The notes below the pieces were generated by a model. The model was not told where the DNA came from. It searched no databases and saw only the letters and a program-made list of their open reading frames with translations. The position numbers and the translations under genes are program-made. DNA of 26,052 bases, from assembly GCA_049964315.1 (NCBI GenBank), contig JBMFXK010000002.1:1-26052 (forward strand), in the 5' to 3' direction. Positions 8,586 to 16,278 of the stretch are shown one piece after another; position 1 is the stretch's first letter; each line of letters opens with the position of its first letter. This DNA comes from Clostridia bacterium. Lineage in GTDB: Bacteria > Bacillota > Sulfobacillia > Sulfobacillales > JAIMBI01.

Positions 8586-9812
8586 GTGACAGTCCCCGGA
8601 GCACAACGGCGATTCTCTTCCGAAAAGGCAACGCCCGACCACCTTGGCAACACGGTGAGCCGGTGGCGGCGGGAGAAAGGCTACACGCAACACTATCTAG
8701 CCCACGCCATAGGAATTTCGGCGGTTGCGCTGTCACGAATCGAAACCGGGGTGAACCGTCCCACAGCGGAGTTGTGGGTGCGCTTGATTCACGCCCTCGA
8801 CATGAGCCCCTCGCCTGCGGCGTGGGAAGTATTCGTCCTCGGAGAAACCCGCTGTGGGCGCATCATCGCGCTCGCCGATGAATTACTGGACCAGGGTCTC
8901 ATCGTGGACGCCCGCTGGGTTGTCTCAGAAGCAGAGCAACTTAATCAAACATCGTTTCACGGTCGATACAATGGGGAACTGGATCGACTCTGGGGTTGCG
9001 TCGCCTTTCTGGAGGGCAACTACCTTGAGGCGTCTCGCCGTTTCGAACAGATGACGCGGAACGCCACCAAGGGACTTCGGCGTCGCCAGGCCATTGCCGC
9101 CTACGACCACAGCATAGCCCTGTTTCACCTATCCAGGTGGGCGTCCGGATTGGCCCAACTGTCAACGGCTCAACGACTCTTTGCGCAAGACGGGGACAGT
9201 CGCGGAGAAGGACTCGCGCATTGGGCACGGGGTACGGCGCTCTTGAGGATGGGTGAATATGAGTCCGCGCAGACCAACTATGAACAGGCAGCTAAATCAC
9301 TGATGGGCACTCCCGAGGCCGCGTTTCCGAAATTCGGCGCACTGATATGTGAGTCAGCCCTGGGCTTAGCGCATGGCACCACCATTCAGAAGTTGATGAC
9401 GTTGGTGGAGGAGGCCCCCGCCAGCATGCGGCCGCGCATCTACCATTTCATCGGAACCGTAACCCGCTTGAACGGCGATCCGCGACATGCGTTGGAGTGG
9501 CTCGACCGGTCCCTTTTGACGGAGCCTATTGGCAGCGAGCAGTGGTGCGACACGCAGTGCGAGCGATTGCTCTGTCTGTGCCTAACCGGCGCGACGGCTG
9601 AAGCCGCCGACCTGTGGCCGGACGTGGCCGAGCACTGGGGCTCACTGAACGAGCATAATACACTGGCACTGGCAATCATGGGAATCATGCTGAAGCAGAG
9701 TCCTCCACCCGACACCGGCCGCCCATGGATTCGGCGACACCATGAGCGGCGTGTCGACGCGGTCATAGACTGGGCATGGCGCTACGGGGTTTCCGGGCCG
9801 CAGAACCCTTGA
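8586..9812 (+). CDS. XRE-family HTH plus tetratricopeptide-repeat transcriptional regulator (RRNPP-like peptide receptor)
   Basis: N-terminal HTH (WRREKGYTQHYLAHAIGISAVALSRIETG) followed by TPR-like helix pairs (e.g. AHWARGTALLRMGEYESAQTNYEQA, YHFIGTVTRLNGDPRHALEWLDRSL). GTG start at 8586, 6 nt after AAGGAGAG. Confidence 0.85.
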   Translation: MTVPGAQRRFSSEKATPDHLGNTVSRWRREKGYTQHYLAHAIGISAVALSRIETGVNRPTAELWVRLIHALDMSPSPAAWEVFVLGETRCGRIIALADELLDQGLIVDARWVVSEAEQLNQTSFHGRYNGELDRLWGCVAFLEGNYLEASRRFEQMTRNATKGLRRRQAIAAYDHSIALFHLSRWASGLAQLSTAQRLFAQDGDSRGEGLAHWARGTALLRMGEYESAQTNYEQAAKSLMGTPEAAFPKFGALICESALGLAHGTTIQKLMTLVEEAPASMRPRIYHFIGTVTRLNGDPRHALEWLDRSLLTEPIGSEQWCDTQCERLLCLCLTGATAEAADLWPDVAEHWGSLNEHNTLALAIMGIMLKQSPPPDTGRPWIRRHHERRVDAVIDWAWRYGVSGPQNP

Positions 9813-10595
9813 GTGATTGACCTTCCATTAGGCTGCGGATCTTCGAGGCTTCCGTTACAAGTGAGTTTCCGCACGTCAGACCGGCGACCGCAAGGGTTCG
9901 GCAAAGGCAGGGGTCCGAGCCACCGCAGACTGTGACAGACCCCGGCCAGCGGCACCAGGACGACCCTACCCGAATGTGGAAAACCGAGGCAAATCCACGT
10001 ATATTCAGCCTTCATCAGGGAGGATGGTCGCAAGGGGCTGGGCTCGCGAGATGGCGGGTACCAGCAGGTCTGGAAATCCGACCACCTGCTCGTCGCGTAG
10101 TCTCCGCGACGACTTCGATCGAAAGCGTTCATCGATTATAGCGCCATGGGATTCCGCCAGTAGAAGTTCGGGCTGATACCACCGATTGTCACTCTTCCGT
10201 ATATGCCGCCAAACCGCCACGGTCAGGGCCAGAGGCAGGTATTGACGTCGGGCCCAGGTAATCCAATTGACCTGCGGTCCCTTTGAGCCGCTTGTCGGAG
10301 CATTGCCATGCTCCAACGTACCCATAAGGGTACGCCCTTCCGGTGGGTGACGGAACAGAGGACAGCAAAGTCTTCCACCAAGATGTGGTGCTCGACGGGG
10401 CCCCCGAAATCGCTCAGGCCACGCCTGCTGCCCGTTCGGCGCGGACGGACGTTGGGGATCGGCCGCGAATCGCGGAAGAACCATAAGACAAGGCTCTTCG
10501 AACAAGGCCCATGGGAAGGGGGCCCGTGAAACTTCCTACGGCAGCCCCTGCGATGCGCATCAGGGTAACAGGGGAAGTGCGATCGGACCTCGGAG

Positions 10596-12683
10596 CTAGT
10601 TGTGTCCTCGAGGTGAGAGGGACCCCAGCCCGAACGCCTCCTGGAGAGCTTCCGCAACAGTAGCAACCGTACGGATCTCCAAGAGATCTTGGAAGTTCCG
10701 GCGGATGTCCTCAAGCTCCCCGCCATTGGCTTCGGGCACGAGGGCGCGCCTGCGTCCGTGTCGTAGAGCCGCGTAGAGCTTGGCCGACAGACCCCCCACG
10801 GGCTCGACCTCACCGTGAAGCGTCACCTCACCCGTAACCGCCAGCGCCGGCCTCACTGGCCTTCCCGTAAGGGCCGACACCATGGCCAGGAGGAACGCCA
10901 GGCCCGCTGAGGGTCCGTCCCGACGGCGCTCGATCGACACCAGATGGACCGCAAGGGTGGTTCCCTGCAATGCGTCTGGAGACAGGCGGAAGTCTGTCAG
11001 GTGCTCGCGGATGTAATGAAACGCGGCTTGGGCAGACTGCTCCATGGCCTTGCCGCGAAACCCCGTCATCTGGAGGCCGCCTGGTCCTGTCACCACCGAG
11101 GCCTCAACGACCTGAATGTCACCGTCGATCGGTTCGCCGTTTTGATCGAGGCGTGTCATGAGCGCCGTGATCTCACCGGGCCGCGGGTCGACGTTGAGCC
11201 GGTGATCGTGGGTGGTCCACACGACGCCGCGAGTAAAATCAGCTGGCCTGTGCGGCTCGATCCCCTCGAATCCGATGACGCGATCTCCGAATTCGCCGGA
11301 GGCAATCTGGCTTAGCTGGTTGTGCACCCTCTGCCGGAGCTCGCCCGCGAATCCGAGGAGGGCCTGAAGCTCGGGGCCTGCGGGCGTCTTATGCGGGTAG
11401 AGAAGCTTCATCAATCCACTCAGGACCTTGTCCACAGCGCGGCGGTCCCGCTGGGTGACCGCCGGACGGTAAGAATAGCGAGCCACGATGCCGGCAATCT
11501 CAGCGTCCATCGCGTGAACGCGAAGCTCGGCCATTATGGAGCCGATCGCGTCCATAGAAAGCCCCCACTCCGGCTCGAGGGCATCCGGGGTCAGCTTCGG
11601 GATCTCCCATCCTGGAATGAACATGTGGAGGCGGTCGATGACGGCCGTGTCCAGCAGCATGGGCGGCAGGTCCCGGAAAAAGTGGGTATAGTACGGGGCC
11701 GGCTGGCCGCCCTCGGTCGTGAGGTTTCCGAGCAGCACCAAAGATGCATCCGCAGAATACTCCCGGTTGCCGCGGGAGTACCGACCGCTCTCCATATAGT
11801 CTTTCAGGATGGATGTGGTTCCGTAGACGTCTTGGATGGCGAGGCCCGCCACCTCGTCGAACACCACACAGTCCGTGAAGCCCAAAATGCCCATCTCGCC
11901 CGTGTGCAGATTTACAAACAGGTTGGCGGGTGTAGTCATGCCGCCGCTTACCACGAACGTCCGGTCCGACACGTTCCGATAGAGATAGGTCTTGCCCGTA
12001 TTTTTCGGGCCGAGTTCGATGAGGTTGACCTGCGGCTCCACCAGCGGGATAAGCCGGGCCAGCATGAGCCATTTGATGCGCCGTGCGTCCGGAAGGTCCG
12101 CCCAAGCGCCCGGATTGTAGCCCAGCGAACATAACAGGAGGTCGACCCACTCGTCGACGGTCAGGGCGCTGCGGAGGTTCAAGAAATCTTGGAACGGCAC
12201 CCCGGTAGCCACCGGTTGAAACTCGGCGACAAATATCGGAGTCTCGCCCTTAGTGCGCGCCGTACGGTAGCGCAGCGTCACCCGGCCCCAGAGGCCGCCG
12301 CCCACCAGGCCAGGATATTCCTCCACGATCTCGGGGGGCACGTCCACCCGCCCCGTCCTCCTGAGGTTCGACAGGTGACCGTAGGGACGGCCCTGGCGGA
12401 CGTCCACCTGGATCGCCAGATGATCGAGGACTCTGAGGAAGCCATTTCGGGTCAGGGCGTAGAGGAACTGCTCGTTGTTGTGAGGACCGGGCAGATAGCG
12501 TTCAACGGCCTCCACGGCCGGACCGAGGCCCATCTTCCCTACCAGGTTTTCGGCCGCGAAGCGCGGGAGACGCGCCAACACCCCGCTGCGGGTGTGGCCC
12601 TTCTCCACCACCCAGCGGGGGTCGATCGCCTCGATCCTGGCCCGCAGTTCGCGATGCGCGGCCGACGCCGCGTCCGCCATCAT
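10596..12683 (-). CDS. brxL: BrxL-like protein: BrxL N-terminal region, AAA+ ATPase and C-terminal Lon protease domain (695 aa)
   Basis: RLIPLVE..NLIELGPKNTGKTYLY, SGGMTTPANLF, DCVVFDEV and AVIDRLH match the BrxL/Lon_2 ATPase pattern. DGPSAG...TGEVTLHGEVEPVGGLSAK is a Lon_C domain. RBS AGGAG. Confidence 0.88.
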   Translation of the reverse strand: MMADAASAAHRELRARIEAIDPRWVVEKGHTRSGVLARLPRFAAENLVGKMGLGPAVEAVERYLPGPHNNEQFLYALTRNGFLRVLDHLAIQVDVRQGRPYGHLSNLRRTGRVDVPPEIVEEYPGLVGGGLWGRVTLRYRTARTKGETPIFVAEFQPVATGVPFQDFLNLRSALTVDEWVDLLLCSLGYNPGAWADLPDARRIKWLMLARLIPLVEPQVNLIELGPKNTGKTYLYRNVSDRTFVVSGGMTTPANLFVNLHTGEMGILGFTDCVVFDEVAGLAIQDVYGTTSILKDYMESGRYSRGNREYSADASLVLLGNLTTEGGQPAPYYTHFFRDLPPMLLDTAVIDRLHMFIPGWEIPKLTPDALEPEWGLSMDAIGSIMAELRVHAMDAEIAGIVARYSYRPAVTQRDRRAVDKVLSGLMKLLYPHKTPAGPELQALLGFAGELRQRVHNQLSQIASGEFGDRVIGFEGIEPHRPADFTRGVVWTTHDHRLNVDPRPGEITALMTRLDQNGEPIDGDIQVVEASVVTGPGGLQMTGFRGKAMEQSAQAAFHYIREHLTDFRLSPDALQGTTLAVHLVSIERRRDGPSAGLAFLLAMVSALTGRPVRPALAVTGEVTLHGEVEPVGGLSAKLYAALRHGRRRALVPEANGGELEDIRRNFQDLLEIRTVATVAEALQEAFGLGSLSPRGHN

Positions 12684-12697
12684 CTCATCTCCTACGC

Positions 12698-13930
12698 CTA
12701 AAACAGACGTTTTCGCTGGACGGGTCCCTCATCCTCATTTTCCACCACGGCCTGCTCCGTCAGATCCACTTCCTCCACGTGCCAGACGACGATCTCGGGC
12801 TCGCGACCATACTGAAGCCAGTGGTCGAGCCACTGCACCGACGCCCGGATCCGCGTCCTCAGGCGGGCGTCGGCCCCGCGCACGTGCCGGTCGAGAAACC
12901 GCTGCAGATCTTCCTCTGCCGGCGGTTCCCATTCGTAAGCGCGGGCGTGCACGGCGCGAATCGTAGCCAGGAGCGAGTGAATCTCCTCGGACGACAAGGC
13001 CGGCAGCCGCTCGGCGCGCATCAGTTCGGCGATCCCGCGCCGCGCGAGGGTCGCTTCGCGTTCGCGCCCTCGCTGCGAAAGCCATCCGGGACCCTTCTCC
13101 GCATCCTCCTTAGCCTCCAGCACGTCTGAGTAGAAGTTCGAGGCCACAGCCGCTATGACAACGGTGCGGGGAAGCTCCTGGGCGACGGCAAGATCGAATA
13201 GGTTACTGTACGCGAGCGCCCGTTGTCCGATAGAAGTCTTGCCGATGAGTTCGAGCTCGTCGATTAAGATGAGCCAACCCGCAAAGCCCGCCTGCCGGAT
13301 CAACTCCGCCATCAACCGGTAGTACCAGATCGGCTCGCGTGTAAAGGCGTACGGGGGGAGACGGTGATCCAGACCGAGATCGCGGAGGATCGCCTTCAAT
13401 CGCCCGACCATCAAGAACTCTCCCGATAGATCTGCTAACAGCTCGTGGCGATAGGTCATGTCCACGTGAAAGTAAGCCTCAAGCGATGCCCGCAGTCGGT
13501 CCGGGATTCCGGCATGTTCCAGGGAAGCCAGCACCTCAGAGGCCCGGGGCTGCAGCCGGTCGAGGAGCGGCGCCAGCCCCAAACGCTGGGATCCCGGGGT
13601 CCGGGTCCCTGTGGCCACCGCCTTGAACAGGGCACCCAGGTTGTTGAGGGGAGCCTCCCGGCTGATGCTGATGGCGCTGACGACATGACCAGCAGAAAGG
13701 GCGGTTCCGGTCACCGCCTGCAGGAAGTGGGTCTTGCCTTCCCCATAGTTGGCGCGCACCAGAAGCGGCCCACCCCGTCCGGTCTGCAGCATCGCTCCCA
13801 CCCGGCCCAGAAGGGCGCTCCGGCCGATGGGAAGCTTCTGGGCCAGGGCGGCAAACGGCACCCCCGCCCGGAGGCTTTCCAGAATACGCTCGGCTTCGTG
13901 CTGCTCAAGATCGTTACGGAGCATCGTCAT
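12698..13930 (-). CDS. DUF2791 / BrxD-like P-loop ATPase, second copy (410 aa)
   Basis: N-terminal EAERILESLRAGVP (typical DUF2791 start), Walker A ANYGEGKTH, Walker B WLILIDELE. RBS AGGAGG; overlaps the upstream gene by 17 nt. Confidence 0.8.
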   Translation of the reverse strand: MTMLRNDLEQHEAERILESLRAGVPFAALAQKLPIGRSALLGRVGAMLQTGRGGPLLVRANYGEGKTHFLQAVTGTALSAGHVVSAISISREAPLNNLGALFKAVATGTRTPGSQRLGLAPLLDRLQPRASEVLASLEHAGIPDRLRASLEAYFHVDMTYRHELLADLSGEFLMVGRLKAILRDLGLDHRLPPYAFTREPIWYYRLMAELIRQAGFAGWLILIDELELIGKTSIGQRALAYSNLFDLAVAQELPRTVVIAAVASNFYSDVLEAKEDAEKGPGWLSQRGREREATLARRGIAELMRAERLPALSSEEIHSLLATIRAVHARAYEWEPPAEEDLQRFLDRHVRGADARLRTRIRASVQWLDHWLQYGREPEIVVWHVEEVDLTEQAVVENEDEGPVQRKRLF

Positions 13931-15065
13931 GCGGCTCTACCTCCTGACTGAGGGCCAGCACGGCCCGTCGTACGGGAGACACCCGCCCCTGGGGCGGGGG
14001 CACCGCCACCACGGTGGTGCGCAGGTGTTCGGCCCACTTGGCCACCAACATCGTCAGGTTGTCAGGATCCTGAGACCAGACCCGGTCCCAGTCCACGTGA
14101 TCTTCGAAGCGATTCAACGCACGGGTCTCGATTTCATTCACAACCCGGGCGTCAAGCGCTGGGTACGACTTGAAGCCCGTTCGCTCATCCGTAAAGAGTT
14201 CCGGGCGTGCCGCCACCACGAGCCACACTCCTGGGAGCGCGTCACCGTCATCGATGAACTGGCGGAGCATCTCGTAGGTCTCTTCCCGGCGAAGACGGGT
14301 GTAGTACGGAATGCCCTCCACCTTCGGGGCCATCACTTGATCCAAGTTGTCGACAGTGACAAGGAGGCCGGGCAGGCCCGCCGCCAAAGCGGCCGCGCCC
14401 CAGCCTTGCAGGATCCCGCGCGCGTTCAGCTTGGACAGGGGTCGGGAGAGGCCCACGGCGGCCAGCCTGCCGCGAGTCACCTTCCCGCCCCGAAACCAGA
14501 CGGCCACATCGTCGCTGTCCTGGCTGGCCGCGCCGAGCGTCCTGTCCAGGCCAAATCCTATGGCCGTCTTGAGGTTCAGGTCGATGTCCAGGACGCTGAT
14601 CGTGCGGTCGACCGCCTCGCGCACATCGGCAAGCGCGCGCTCCCGCATCCGGCCCCGGTTTGAGACCAGCCAATCAAGGAGCCACGCAGGATCTCCCACC
14701 TCGTTAGGGTCATAGCCCATGGTGCGAATCACCTGGCGGCTGAGCGCGGTCAGCACGCTTTGATACGGAAGCTTCTGCAGTAACGCCCGCACGAATTCTT
14801 CAATCCCGCGCAGCCACTCTGTGCGGGCGTCCAACTCGACTACCAGCATACCGACGTCTCGCGCGCCCAGCCCCAGCTGGTGCAGCGCATGCGACTTGCC
14901 GCTGCCCTCCCGGCCCTGAATCCACTTCACCTTGCTGCCGCCGGCAGGGATGAACCGGGACGCGTAGTGCTCGATCCAAAACCGGTTCATGCCCTGCGGA
15001 TCCACGGACACGGCCCGGAAGCTCTCGTCAGCCAAGGGGGGCAGCCCCCACTCGACTCCGTTCAC
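13914..15065 (-). CDS. DUF2791 / BrxD-like P-loop ATPase, first copy (383 aa)
   Basis: FIPAGGSKVKWIQGREGSGKSH (Walker A), LLVTVDNLD (Walker B region), LRQFID and GFKSYPALDARV resemble BrxD-type motifs. GTG start overlaps the upstream stop (GTGA). Confidence 0.8.
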   Translation of the reverse strand: MNGVEWGLPPLADESFRAVSVDPQGMNRFWIEHYASRFIPAGGSKVKWIQGREGSGKSHALHQLGLGARDVGMLVVELDARTEWLRGIEEFVRALLQKLPYQSVLTALSRQVIRTMGYDPNEVGDPAWLLDWLVSNRGRMRERALADVREAVDRTISVLDIDLNLKTAIGFGLDRTLGAASQDSDDVAVWFRGGKVTRGRLAAVGLSRPLSKLNARGILQGWGAAALAAGLPGLLVTVDNLDQVMAPKVEGIPYYTRLRREETYEMLRQFIDDGDALPGVWLVVAARPELFTDERTGFKSYPALDARVVNEIETRALNRFEDHVDWDRVWSQDPDNLTMLVAKWAEHLRTTVVAVPPPQGRVSPVRRAVLALSQEVEPHDDAP

Positions 15066-15865
15066 CGGCTTTCCTCTACGAGTTCATACGATCCGAGGTT
15101 GTCCACGCCACCTGTCGGGCGCGGTACCGGCACGGCGCCTCGAGGATTTCGGGAGGGGTTCAGCACGAACCGCCGTCCTCGGTAGCGCATGTCGGACTGA
15201 TAGCGGAGCCGGTACAGATCGAAGGCAAACTGCCGGAGGGGATACGCTGCGGACCCATCTCGCAGGATAAGCACGTCATAGGCGCGCCGCAGCGGGACCC
15301 CTACCGCCATGCCGCCCTCCGCCCGGATGAGAAGGTCATAGGCTTCCGCCATCCCGCGCATGAACGCCTGCGCATTGAAGCGTGCCCCGAACAGCCGATC
15401 CCGCTCGCCTTGAATCAGCTTCGCCAGTACTTTTGGGCGGAGCACGTGGGTGGTTCGCTTGTTGACCATCGCGGCGTCGTCGACGAGGTTTATCTCGATC
15501 TCAAATGGGAACACCTCATAGCGAGGGTACTCGCCGCCAAATTCCACCTCGAGGCCGCGCAGCTCCGCCTCGAACGCTCGCGCCCACTCGGTCTCTTCGG
15601 CCTCGTTGGGAGCCAACATCGTACGCGACAGGATACCGTCCAGCTGTTCGAGCACGGACGCCAATTCGTCGACAACGCCCTTTCCGTCCCGAACCAGCCG
15701 GGACGCATCGAACGTATTTAACTCCTGGGCAAGCTTTGGAAGCCGGCCCACCCGGGCGACCCGCTTCACGAGCTGAACGGCACGGGCGACCACCTGAGCG
15801 GACGCTTCGTCAAAGGAATCCCAGCTCACGACCGCGCCGTCCTGAATCTCTTGGTAATCCTCCAT
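15062..15865 (-). CDS. Hypothetical protein (267 aa), first gene of the ATPase/BrxL operon
   Basis: Protein-like composition; ATG at 15865 is 7 nt after AAGGGGG; stop overlaps the next start. Helical N-terminus. C-terminal VPLRRAYDVL...YPLRQFAFDLYRL may be a winged helix (inference). Confidence 0.8.
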   Translation of the reverse strand: MEDYQEIQDGAVVSWDSFDEASAQVVARAVQLVKRVARVGRLPKLAQELNTFDASRLVRDGKGVVDELASVLEQLDGILSRTMLAPNEAEETEWARAFEAELRGLEVEFGGEYPRYEVFPFEIEINLVDDAAMVNKRTTHVLRPKVLAKLIQGERDRLFGARFNAQAFMRGMAEAYDLLIRAEGGMAVGVPLRRAYDVLILRDGSAAYPLRQFAFDLYRLRYQSDMRYRGRRFVLNPSRNPRGAVPVPRPTGGVDNLGSYELVEESR

Positions 15866-16278
15866 CCATGGTCCCCCTTGCACGCTTCGACAGCAATGGA
15901 CGAGGATTCTCGGGGGGATGGGCCAACTCCTTTCCGCCCCGACGTGGCCTGGGCTGGGGTATGAGCGAGGTAACCGGCGCGTCTCTCAACGTTACCCGTG
16001 CCGCTTGCCGAACGACTGCCCGACGCGGAGTTGCAGGAGTGGAAGAGCAAAACGGCGCGCCTTACGACTCTGACCCCGAGGATGTGGCAAGCGCGTGGCC
16101 TTGATTCCCGCTTGTATCAGCTTGTGCGCTGCATCGGCATCTTCGAGCCAAAGGCCCGTGTGAGGCGGGTCACGCGGCTGCGAGGCGAGATCTGACAGGC
16201 ACCTGCACGGCGACACCGAGCGCCGCCCGCGCGGGCATTCTCACCCATAGTTCCGCCACACTGCGCCCAGCGGGCGGG

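Noticed and set aside
9860-10110. Riboswitch or ribozyme resemblances: ykkC-like AGGGTTC..GGTCCGAG..CCAGCGGCA, c-di-GMP-I-like GGCAAA..CGCAAG, raiA-like GGCAAA.TCCACGTA, and a minus-strand CTGATGA hammerhead core
   Set aside because: Only short words match. The required stems and partner motifs (e.g. the GAAA of a hammerhead, P3 of ykkC) could not be found, and no suitable downstream gene exists on the plus strand. Left as an unexplained structured region.
10596-15865. Calling the operon a canonical BREX system (types 1-6)
   Set aside because: No PglZ, BrxC/PglY, PglX or BrxP is encoded in or beside the operon. Only BrxL-like and BrxD-like parts are present.
15998-16195. 65-aa plus-strand ORF (MPLAERLPDAELQEW...)
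   Set aside because: No RBS, no family recognised beyond a 5-residue similarity to RarA N-termini, and in-frame stops immediately upstream. Could be a remnant but cannot be supported.
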